NCBI GenBank assembly: GCA_035551475.1
Contig: DASZMX010000053.1
Span: 32,328 to 96,327, forward strand
Origin: Verrucomicrobiia bacterium
GTDB taxonomy: Bacteria > Verrucomicrobiota > Verrucomicrobiia > Limisphaerales > Palsa-1400
Reading direction: 5' to 3'
DNA: 64,000 bases
Numbering within the stretch: the stretch's first letter is position 1; every line of letters begins with the position of its first letter. Of this stretch, positions 43,890-51,790 are shown piece after piece. The notes under the pieces were generated by a model. That model searched no databases, was not told the DNA's origin, and saw nothing but the letters and a program-made list of their open reading frames with translations. A program made the position numbers and the translations under genes.

Positions 43890-46272
43890 CCGCCGGATCG
43901 CGCGTGATCAATTCGGCGGGACTTTCGCCATACCAATCGCGCGGGAGATGATCGGCGTAAGGCGCCTGCACAAAACGCTGGCAAAGCAGCGCAATGACGC
44001 CGCGATCGGTTTCGCTGCGAATTAAACGGCCCGCCGCCTGAATGACGCGCGTCATGCCCGGTTGAAGATAGGCGTATTCAAATCCCGCCTGTTCCTTCTC
44101 GTCAAAATAACGGCGCAACAATTCGCGCTCAAACGAGACTTGCGGCAAAGCCGGCGATACGATGTACACCCCGCTCAAGAGTTCGCCCGGGTAATCCACG
44201 CCCTCGGCATACATACCGCCCAGCACCGCCAGGACCAGCACGCCCTGCGGCGGGGGCGCGGCCAGGGCGCTGAAGATTTCCTGCCGCTCGGCGGGCGAGG
44301 CATTCGGGCGTTGCACCCAAACGCGGGCGCGCGTGGCCGGCATTTTTTCCGCGACTCGCCGCAAAAACTGGTAGCTGGGAAAGAGGACGAGGCCGTTGCC
44401 CGTCTGCGCGTCGGACATTTCCGCGAGCAATTTTGCCACGATCGCAAAATTGCTTTCCCGCGCCGCGAACGTCGTGCGCACCTGCGGCAGAATCATCACT
44501 TTGCGGTTCTCGCGGGGGAACGGCGGCGGCAACGAAATGGTCTCGGTGCGCTCCGACTGCAAGCCCAGCGTTCGCCGCACGAGCTCCACCGGCGAGAGTG
44601 TCGCGGAAAAAAGAATGCTGGAGGCGGAGGCGCGAAAAATCGGCGCCAAGGCGCGCGCTGGATCCAGGCAGATGATCGCCAGGCGCACGCCATCGGGGCG
44701 GCGTTCAACCACGCAGCTAAAACCGGCGCCAAAAAGGTGCAAGGCCGCAATGACGCGCTGCCAGGCGAAATGCGCGTCCACCACCGGATCATCCGGCGGC
44801 GTGTATTTGGCCTCGCGTTTCCACGACAGGTAACGAATGAATTTGGCTTCCCATTCCTTCCACGCGGCGCGCAGCGCTTCCCTGGGCGGATCAATTTCCG
44901 CGATGGCCGCCCCGGCGGGCAGGAACGCCGCCTCATCGGCCAGCAATTGAATCATCCGGTCGATGCTTTCAGAGAGCGTCTCAAAAAGTTCCCCGGGTTG
45001 AAGCAGCAACCGGGAAGCGGCGGCGCGAAAATCCTGCTCCAGAATTTCCGGCGAAAAAATCTGGCGCGCGCGGTCCGGCAGATTGTGCGCTTCGTCAATC
45101 AAAAGAATCGCCTCCCCCAATTCGTCCGGCCCGAGATGCCGCAGGGCCGCGCCGGGATCGAACACGTAATTATAATCCGCCACGATGGCGTCGGCGCTGC
45201 GGGCCAGCTCCAGTTGGGTCTCGAACGGGCAGACCTTTTCCATTTTCGCCGCGGCGAAGACGGCGTCCGGATCATAATGCCAGTGGCTGGCGCGCAGCCG
45301 CTCCACCAGCCCGGAGCGCTCCATCTTTTCGGGATAGCCCTTGGCGTAGGGGCAAAAATCTTCATGGCAAATGACGCGGTCGTTGGCGCACATCTTCTCC
45401 TTGTTGCGGATTTGCAGGGTGCGAAAGGCGCCCTCGACATTCATGGCGCGCAAGGCGGCCACCGCCATTTTTTGCTGGAGCGTTTTCGAAGTTAGAAAAA
45501 CCACCTGCCGCCCCGCCGCGAGCCCCTGCGCCAGGGCCGGATGCAGCGCCGCCGCCGTTTTGCCGGAACCCGTCGGAGCCTCGGCGAGCAAATGCCCCCC
45601 GCCGGCGACCGCCTTTCGCACGGCGTCAATCATAACCTGCTGCCCCGGGCGCGGCGCCGCGTGCGGGAACGGCATGCCGGCCGCCGCCTGGGCTTTCTTG
45701 CCGCGCGCTGTCGCTTCGGCTTTCCAAATGGCGAGACTCCGCTGCAAACGCCGTTGCACATCCCGCTCCAGCGCCTCGGCGTCATAGGGCACGGCCAGCG
45801 CCGTTTCCTCGCCGCTGGCCAAATCCACATACACGAGCGCGCCGGTCACGGGCGAATGGCCCAGTCGGGCCCAGAGGTGACAGTAAAGAAGAAGCTGCCG
45901 CTGATGCCGCTCCGCCACGCCGCCGGTGCGGCGGATTTCGGACGTCGGCACGTAGGTGGATTTGAACTCCTCAACCAGCCAGCCGCCGCCGGTTTGCGCG
46001 GCGCAGCCGTCCAACCGCCCGGTCACGATGGCCGTCCAATCCTCCACCGCCCAGCGCGCCTGCAAAAAAACTTCCCGGCGATACTCGGGATTCAGCCGCG
46101 CGCGCTCCTGCAGCACGCGGGCGTGCAATTCCGCCCCGAGGCCCAGCCGATGCCAGCCTTCGCCGCGCTCGAATCCGATGCGCGCATAACCCTCGCCCTC
46201 CGCCAGCTCGCGCACGGAGATTTCAAATGTCCTGGCCGCTTCGTCGAATTTCAAGGCAGACAATTTTAACAC
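43840..46272 (-). CDS. RecB-like PD-(D/E)XK nuclease domain fused to an XPD/DinG-family Fe-S DNA helicase
   Basis: N-terminus: GRLDGC...WLVEEFKST...QRQLLLYCHLW (D, ExK and QxxxY motifs). Helicase part: Walker A AEAPTGSGKTAA, four-Cys insert (MCANDRVICHEDFCPY...VCPFE), DEAH box LIDEAHNLPD, and C-terminal motifs (QAAGRLIRSETDRG). GTG start. Confidence 0.8.
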   Translation of the reverse strand: MLKLSALKFDEAARTFEISVRELAEGEGYARIGFERGEGWHRLGLGAELHARVLQERARLNPEYRREVFLQARWAVEDWTAIVTGRLDGCAAQTGGGWLVEEFKSTYVPTSEIRRTGGVAERHQRQLLLYCHLWARLGHSPVTGALVYVDLASGEETALAVPYDAEALERDVQRRLQRSLAIWKAEATARGKKAQAAAGMPFPHAAPRPGQQVMIDAVRKAVAGGGHLLAEAPTGSGKTAAALHPALAQGLAAGRQVVFLTSKTLQQKMAVAALRAMNVEGAFRTLQIRNKEKMCANDRVICHEDFCPYAKGYPEKMERSGLVERLRASHWHYDPDAVFAAAKMEKVCPFETQLELARSADAIVADYNYVFDPGAALRHLGPDELGEAILLIDEAHNLPDRARQIFSPEILEQDFRAAASRLLLQPGELFETLSESIDRMIQLLADEAAFLPAGAAIAEIDPPREALRAAWKEWEAKFIRYLSWKREAKYTPPDDPVVDAHFAWQRVIAALHLFGAGFSCVVERRPDGVRLAIICLDPARALAPIFRASASSILFSATLSPVELVRRTLGLQSERTETISLPPPFPRENRKVMILPQVRTTFAARESNFAIVAKLLAEMSDAQTGNGLVLFPSYQFLRRVAEKMPATRARVWVQRPNASPAERQEIFSALAAPPPQGVLVLAVLGGMYAEGVDYPGELLSGVYIVSPALPQVSFERELLRRYFDEKEQAGFEYAYLQPGMTRVIQAAGRLIRSETDRGVIALLCQRFVQAPYADHLPRDWYGESPAELITRDPAGEIRRFFGNRPGLSKI

Positions 46273-46333
46273 AGAACCGTTGCGCGCATAGGCCGCAAAA
46301 TGCTAAACACACGCACGAAAATTTAAACCGACC

Positions 46334-47239
46334 ATGCCAACACATGCATCCAAACCCACCCTGCTCGTCCTCGCGGCCGGCATGGGCAGCCGCTACGGCG
46401 GCCTGAAGCAGATCGATCCCGTCGGCCCTTCGGGCGAAACCATTATTGACTACTCCATTTACGACGCCTTGCGCGCCGGCTTTGGCAAACTGGTCTTCGT
46501 CATTCGCCGCGACATCGAGGAGCAATTCCGCCAGATCATCGGCGCGCGCTTCGAGAAAAAAGTCCAGGTGGAATATGTCTTCCAGGAGCTGGACAAATTG
46601 CCCGCGGGATTTTCGCGGCCGCTCCAGCGTCAGAAACCCTGGGGCACCACCCACGCCATCCTGATGGCCGAGGACGTGGTGCGCGAGCCCTTCGCCGCCA
46701 TTAACGCTGATGATTTTTACGGCGCGAATTCGTATCGCCTGCTGGCCCAGCACCTCCAGTCGGGCAGTCCGGACTATGCCATGGTGGGCTTCGTGCTGCG
46801 GAACACGCTTTCGGAATTTGGGAGCGTGGCGCGCGGCGTTTCCCAGGCGGATGCGCAGGGCTATTTAACCTCCGTGACGGAATTGACCAAGATTGAACCC
46901 GACGGCGCCGGCGCGAAGAACACCGACCCTTCCGGGAAAATCACCCGCCTGACCGGCGACGAACTGGTGTCGATGAATTTTTGGGGATTCACCCCCGCGC
47001 TTTTTCCGCAATTGCGCCAGGCGTTCGAGGAATTTTTGCGCCGCAGCGGGCAGGAGGAAAAATCAGAATGCTACATTCCCAACACCGTCGGCCAGCTCGT
47101 CACCGCCGGCCAGGCGCGCGTGAAACTCCTGCGCACGGATGACGCGTGGTTCGGCGTCACCTATCGCGAAGATCGCCCGCGCGTGGTGGAAAGCATCAAG
47201 AAGCTCGTGGCGCGAGGTGATTATCCCGCAAAGCTGTGA
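46334..47239 (+). CDS. sugar-phosphate nucleotidyltransferase-like protein (NTP_transferase fold)
   Basis: LVLAAGMGSRYGGLKQ signature near the N-terminus, plus KPWGTTHA and INADDFYG. The substrate cannot be told from the sequence. Confidence 0.7.
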   Translation: MPTHASKPTLLVLAAGMGSRYGGLKQIDPVGPSGETIIDYSIYDALRAGFGKLVFVIRRDIEEQFRQIIGARFEKKVQVEYVFQELDKLPAGFSRPLQRQKPWGTTHAILMAEDVVREPFAAINADDFYGANSYRLLAQHLQSGSPDYAMVGFVLRNTLSEFGSVARGVSQADAQGYLTSVTELTKIEPDGAGAKNTDPSGKITRLTGDELVSMNFWGFTPALFPQLRQAFEEFLRRSGQEEKSECYIPNTVGQLVTAGQARVKLLRTDDAWFGVTYREDRPRVVESIKKLVARGDYPAKL

Positions 47240-47240
47240 T

Positions 47241-48383
47241 TTAAACTCTGACCAACTGGCCGCCCGCGATAATCCGATAACGCTCGCCGCGCCATTCCAC
47301 GTGGTTGCCCCAAAAGGCAGCCGCCCAAATCACGACGTCCAACACATCTTTAACAGGCACGAGCCACCAGAAACGCCCATAGGAGCGGTCTTGCGTCATC
47401 CGCGCGAGCTGTTGCTGGGCGGTTCCAATGCGGGTGGCCAGCGCGACCAGGCCGAGCGCCACGGCCCAAGCGGGCCCTCGCAGTGACACCGCCAGCAGCA
47501 TGAGCGGCCAGACCCCGGCATTATTGATGATGCTGACGAAAAAAGGGCCCGGCTGACAAACCCGAATCGTGCGCGCCCAGCGCAATTGATGCCGCCAGAC
47601 CGCCCCCCAGCCCATCGGAGGCTCCCAACAATCCACCACCGCAGGCGCGAGCATGATCTTGCGGCCTCGGGCCGCAATGCGCTGGCCTAATTGATAATCA
47701 TCTGCCAAATAATCGCTCAACGCCGCGAAGCCGCCAATCGCCGCCAATTCAGAGGCTGGCACGGTCATGACCGCGCCCAGCGCAAAGTCAATGCGTTTGA
47801 CGGTGGCGGCTTGGAGCACATGCGTCCAAAAATCCGCATTCACCGCAATGGCTTCCCAGCGCATCGCCAGCGTGGCCGGATTCGCAAGGCGATAAAAACA
47901 ATTGACAAGGCCAACATCCTTTCGACACAGCGAGGCGATGCTGGCGGCGAAATGCGGTGAAACCCGCGCGTCGGCATCGCTGATCATCAAGAGCGGATAT
48001 TTGCTCAATGATTCAAGCTGGCGCAAAGTCGAAACTTTCCGATTGGCTCCGAGATTTTGCGGGCAAAGAATGAGTTGCGCATCGACATGGGGGAATTCCG
48101 CCAACAAATCACGCACAGCCGCGCACACGGGGTCATCGCCGGATGCCACCCCGAACAAAAACTGCGCGGGACCGGGATAGGACTGCGCGAGCCAACTGCG
48201 CAGACAGTCCTTCGTGGCCTCATCCGCGCCTTTCAGCGGCTTGAGGAAGGTGATGCCTGGGCAGGCGTCGCCGGCCGCCCCGCATTCCGGCAGGTGCAGG
48301 GGAAAACGGCGGTGCAAAGCCCATCGCCAGACCGTCAGAGCCAGGCTCACGCCAGTGAGGATGCCGAGAATCTCGCGCAGCAC
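47241..48383 (-). CDS. GT21-family glycosyltransferase (ceramide glucosyltransferase / hopanoid HpnI-like)
   Basis: N-terminal TM, ITFLKPLKGAD, ISDADARV, QLRWARTIR, and C-terminal TM helices. The start is uncertain: GTG 48383 sits just before the TM helix, and the ORF track starts at TTG 48539. Confidence 0.7.
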   Translation of the reverse strand: MLREILGILTGVSLALTVWRWALHRRFPLHLPECGAAGDACPGITFLKPLKGADEATKDCLRSWLAQSYPGPAQFLFGVASGDDPVCAAVRDLLAEFPHVDAQLILCPQNLGANRKVSTLRQLESLSKYPLLMISDADARVSPHFAASIASLCRKDVGLVNCFYRLANPATLAMRWEAIAVNADFWTHVLQAATVKRIDFALGAVMTVPASELAAIGGFAALSDYLADDYQLGQRIAARGRKIMLAPAVVDCWEPPMGWGAVWRHQLRWARTIRVCQPGPFFVSIINNAGVWPLMLLAVSLRGPAWAVALGLVALATRIGTAQQQLARMTQDRSYGRFWWLVPVKDVLDVVIWAAAFWGNHVEWRGERYRIIAGGQLVRV

Positions 48384-48577
48384 GGCTAGCGTTTCTCCAC
48401 CGGCATCAAACGGTATTGGACCAAAACCCCAATTTCGACGCCCTGCTCGGCGGATTTGGACTGCAAATAACGGAGTGTTTCGCTCACAGTTGTATCGCTT
48501 TGATGGCGTGATTAACGCACGGTTGGCGCGGCGGTTCAAGTTTCAATGCAAGGGGCGGCCAGAGGGAAAAACCCGCT

Positions 48578-48593
48578 TGTGAAAAAAATCACA
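48578..48593. promoter_or_regulatory. perfect CRP-type palindrome TGTGA-N6-TCACA upstream of nuoB
   Basis: TGTGAAAAAAATCACA at 48578-48593, centred about 75 nt upstream of the nuoB ATG, in the divergent intergenic region. Functional binding is not shown. Confidence 0.4.
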
Positions 48594-48660
48594 AAGGGCT
48601 TGCCTGCCTGCGGCGGAGCATGTTTAGTAAATAGGTCAGTGTCTCGGGTTTCACTTTATC

Positions 48661-49170
48661 ATGCAGACCAAAACTGAAATTGGTTACAACTCGAAAGTCG
48701 AAGGCGAAGTCATTCATACTCGCCTGGATTCGGCCCTGAATTGGTTTCGCAAAAACTCCTTGTGGCCGATGCCGATGGGCCTGGCCTGCTGCGCCATTGA
48801 ATTGATGGCCGCCGGCGCCAGCCGCTTTGATATTGCGCGTTTTGGCTCCGAAGTGATGCGCTTTTCTCCCCGGCAATCGGACGTGATGATTGTCGCCGGC
48901 ACGGTCACTTACAAGATGGCCACCGCCGTGCGCCGGATTTACGAGCAAATGGCGGAGCCCAAATGGGTGATCGCCATGGGCGCCTGCGCCTCCACCGGCG
49001 GCATGTACCGCAGCTATGCGGTGCTGCAAGGGGTTGATGGCATTGTCCCGGTCGATGTCTATGTGGCGGGATGCCCCCCCCGCCCCGAAGCGCTGCTTGA
49101 CGCCTTGATTAAATTGCAGGACAAAGTGTCTCGCGAACCGTCCATCGCCATGCAGAAACGCGTGGCCTAA
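48661..49170 (+). CDS. nuoB: NADH-quinone oxidoreductase subunit B
   Basis: [23 protein letters not shown] (N2 cluster ligands). Confidence 0.96.
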   Translation: MQTKTEIGYNSKVEGEVIHTRLDSALNWFRKNSLWPMPMGLACCAIELMAAGASRFDIARFGSEVMRFSPRQSDVMIVAGTVTYKMATAVRRIYEQMAEPKWVIAMGACASTGGMYRSYAVLQGVDGIVPVDVYVAGCPPRPEALLDALIKLQDKVSREPSIAMQKRVA

Positions 49171-49189
49171 GCTGTTCGCTCCACTTGAA

Positions 49190-49861
49190 ATGACTGCGCG
49201 CGAACTCGCCCAACAACTCAAGACGCAATTCGGAGACCTCATCTCCGAACCCGTGGAATTCCGCGACGAAATCACCGTCCACGTCGCCGCTTCCGAACGC
49301 ATTGCGGAGGTCTGCGAGTTCGCGAAAAAGCAGCTCGGCTTCGATTTTCTGGCGGACGTTTCCAGCCTTGATAATTACGGCGATGACCCGCGCTGGACCG
49401 TGGTCTATCACCTCTACGGCTACGGCCACCGCTGTCACTTGCGCCTCAAGACCAATGTTAGCGAGGAATCGTCCGAATTGCCGAGCGTCACCGGCGTGTG
49501 GCGCACCGCCGACTGGCACGAACGCGAAGCATACGACATGATGGGCATTCGCTTTCGCGGGCATCCCGATTTGCGCCGGATCCTGATGTGGGAAGGCTAT
49601 CCTTACTTTCCGTTGCGCAAGGATTTTCCGCTGGCTGGCCGCCCCACCAATTTGCCCGAAGTGGCTTTCAGCAATCCCGCGCCCTTGGAAGGCGGGCCGT
49701 TCGTGACCATTGCCGGGGGCAAAGACAGCACCGCGCGCGAACCGCGGGTCCGCGTGCCTGAATCCGATGACGTGGAGCTCAACGCCCGCCTCGAACGCCG
49801 CCGCGACATCAAGGACGCCCACGGCCATTCGCACGGGCCGGGCAAGGTGGGGCCGAAGTAA
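49190..49861 (+). CDS. nuoC: NADH-quinone oxidoreductase subunit C
   Basis: ADWHEREAYDMMGIRFRGHPDLRRIL is the classic 30-kDa subunit motif. It carries a C-terminal extension. Confidence 0.94.
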   Translation: MTARELAQQLKTQFGDLISEPVEFRDEITVHVAASERIAEVCEFAKKQLGFDFLADVSSLDNYGDDPRWTVVYHLYGYGHRCHLRLKTNVSEESSELPSVTGVWRTADWHEREAYDMMGIRFRGHPDLRRILMWEGYPYFPLRKDFPLAGRPTNLPEVAFSNPAPLEGGPFVTIAGGKDSTAREPRVRVPESDDVELNARLERRRDIKDAHGHSHGPGKVGPK

Positions 49862-49862
49862 T

Positions 49863-51173
49863 ATGGCGACGCAAGAAATCCATTTTCCCGATCCCGCCGG
49901 CCGCGTCGCGACCGCTCCGAACACCACCGATGTCGGCGGCCCCTCGCCTTCCTCGGGAGGCGACGACCTCCAGGATTTGCACGGCGAAAAGATGGTGTTG
50001 AACATGGGGCCGTCCCATCCCGCCACGCACGGCGTGCTGCGGATCATTCTCGAGTTGGACGGCGAAATCATCACCAAGGCGACTCCTGACATTGGTTATC
50101 TGCATCGCGGCGACGAAAAAATCGCCGAGAACATGACCTACACCCAGTTCATCCCCTACACGGACCGGCTGGATTATCTCGCGCCCCTCGCCAACAACGT
50201 CGCCTACGCCCTGGCCGTCGAAAAACTAATGGGCATCGACCAGCAACTGCCGCCGCGCTGCCAATATATCCGTGTGATTTGTTGCGAATTGGCCCGCATC
50301 TCGGCGCATTTGCTCGGGTTGGGCTCGTTCGCGATGGACGTGGGCGCGCTGACTGTTTTCTTGTTTACATTCACCGAACGCGAAAAAATTTACAATTTGA
50401 TCGAAGCCTTGACCGGCGCGCGCTTCACCACGACCTACACGCGCATTGGCGGGCTTTCCCGCGATCTGCCGCCGGGTTGGGTGGCGCAGTGCCGAACGTT
50501 TTTGGACGAAGTGGTTCACAACATCGAGGAAACCGAGCAATTGCTCTCGCGCAATAAAATCTTCGTGGACCGCACCCGCGATGTTGGCGTCATTCCGCGG
50601 GACGTCGCGATCGATTACGGTTTGACCGGCCCCAATTTGCGCGGCAGCGGCGTGGATTTTGATTTGCGCAAGGCGCATCCTTATTTGATTTACAAGGATG
50701 TCGAATTTGACATCCCGACCGGGTCCGTCGGCGATTGTTACGACCGTTATCTCATCCGCATCGAGGAAATGCGCCAAAGCGTGCGCATCCTGCGCCAATG
50801 CCTGGACAAGCTGCCCGGCGGCGCGGACAACAGCGCGCACGAACCGGTGAACATTCCCAACGGCAAAACCATTCTGCCGCCGAAGAAAAAAGTGCTCACG
50901 AGCATGGAAGAGCTGATTCACCAATTCATGCTGGTGACAGAAGGCATGAACGCCCCGCGCGGCGAGGTTTATTTTGGCGCGGAAAATCCGAAGGGCGAAT
51001 TGGGTTTTTACATCCACAGCAAAGGCGGCGGCACGCCGCATCGCTTGAAAATTCGCGCGCCGTCGTTTGTCAACCTAAGCATTTTGCCTTATCTCATGCC
51101 CGGCCACATGATCAGCGACACCGTTTCCATTTTTGGCTCGCTCGACTTCGTCATGGGGGAATGCGACCGATGA
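49863..51173 (+). CDS. nuoD: NADH-quinone oxidoreductase subunit D
   Basis: LNMGPSHPATHGVLR, GYLHRGDEKIAE, C-terminus SLDFVMGECDR. ATG 49863 lies directly after the nuoC stop. It has a ~40-aa N-terminal extension. Confidence 0.95.
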   Translation: MATQEIHFPDPAGRVATAPNTTDVGGPSPSSGGDDLQDLHGEKMVLNMGPSHPATHGVLRIILELDGEIITKATPDIGYLHRGDEKIAENMTYTQFIPYTDRLDYLAPLANNVAYALAVEKLMGIDQQLPPRCQYIRVICCELARISAHLLGLGSFAMDVGALTVFLFTFTEREKIYNLIEALTGARFTTTYTRIGGLSRDLPPGWVAQCRTFLDEVVHNIEETEQLLSRNKIFVDRTRDVGVIPRDVAIDYGLTGPNLRGSGVDFDLRKAHPYLIYKDVEFDIPTGSVGDCYDRYLIRIEEMRQSVRILRQCLDKLPGGADNSAHEPVNIPNGKTILPPKKKVLTSMEELIHQFMLVTEGMNAPRGEVYFGAENPKGELGFYIHSKGGGTPHRLKIRAPSFVNLSILPYLMPGHMISDTVSIFGSLDFVMGECDR

Positions 51174-51655
51174 GCTTTGTGGTTCCAGCCGAATTCGAAG
51201 CGGAGATGGACGAGTTGGTCACGCACTATCCGCAAAAGCGCAGCGCGTCGCTGATGTTCCTCCACGCCATCCAGGAGCGTTTCGGCCACATTTCACCCGA
51301 GGCGATGGAATGGACCGCCAAAAAACTTGATCTGCAGCCGATCAATATTTTCGAGCTGGTGACCTTCTATCCGATGTTCCGGCAGGAGCCGATCGGAAAG
51401 TTCCAGATCAAAGTTTGCCGCACGCTCAGCTGCGCGCTCGGCGGCAGCCATGAGCTGCGTAATTATTTTTGCCAGAAACTCGGCCTGGACACAGCGGGGC
51501 ACGGCCCGCAAACCACCAAGGATGGCAAGTTCACCGTCGAATTCGTGGAGTGCCTGGCCAGCTGCGGCACGGCGCCGGTGGTGATGATCAACGAGGATTT
51601 TCACGAAGGCGTTTCCACCAGGAAGGCCGACGAATTGCTCGCCCGCTGCAAATGA
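51170..51655 (+). CDS. nuoE: NADH-quinone oxidoreductase subunit E
   Basis: 2Fe-2S ligand motifs CRTLSCALGG and ECLASCGTAP. ATGA overlap with nuoD. Confidence 0.94.
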   Translation: MSFVVPAEFEAEMDELVTHYPQKRSASLMFLHAIQERFGHISPEAMEWTAKKLDLQPINIFELVTFYPMFRQEPIGKFQIKVCRTLSCALGGSHELRNYFCQKLGLDTAGHGPQTTKDGKFTVEFVECLASCGTAPVVMINEDFHEGVSTRKADELLARCK

Positions 51656-51657
51656 AA

Positions 51658-51731
51658 TGGCTGCCCGACATGGATTTGAACCATGACAAACAGATTCAGA
51701 GTCTGTTGTGCTACCGTTACACCATCGGGCA
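51658..51731 (-). tRNA. tRNA-Gln (anticodon CUG), CCA encoded, antisense to the nuo genes
   Basis: Folded by hand. Acceptor UGCCCGA/UCGGGCA (U1-A72, as in bacterial tRNA-Gln), D stem GUGU/GCAC, anticodon stem ACAGA/UCUGU with loop CUCUGAA, T arm CAUGG-UUCAAAU-CCAUG, discriminator G, then CCA. 74 nt. Confidence 0.9.
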
Positions 51732-51744
51732 GATGGAGCCACAG

Positions 51745-51772
51745 AATTTAATGAGTTTGGCCGCGGAGTCAA
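51745..51772 (-). promoter_or_regulatory. candidate sigma-70-type promoter for tRNA-Gln (TTGACT-N16-TAAATT)
   Basis: On the minus strand, the -35 TTGACT is at 51772-51767 and the -10 TAAATT at 51750-51745. The -10 ends 13 nt before the mature tRNA 5' end. Confidence 0.45.
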
Positions 51773-51790
51773 GTTTGGCTCAATCGTAAT

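Noticed and set aside
48589-49302. 237-aa minus-strand ORF across the nuoB region, checked as a possible displaced nuoA or other gene
   Set aside because: It is not hydrophobic, overlaps nuoB completely on the opposite strand, and has no motifs.
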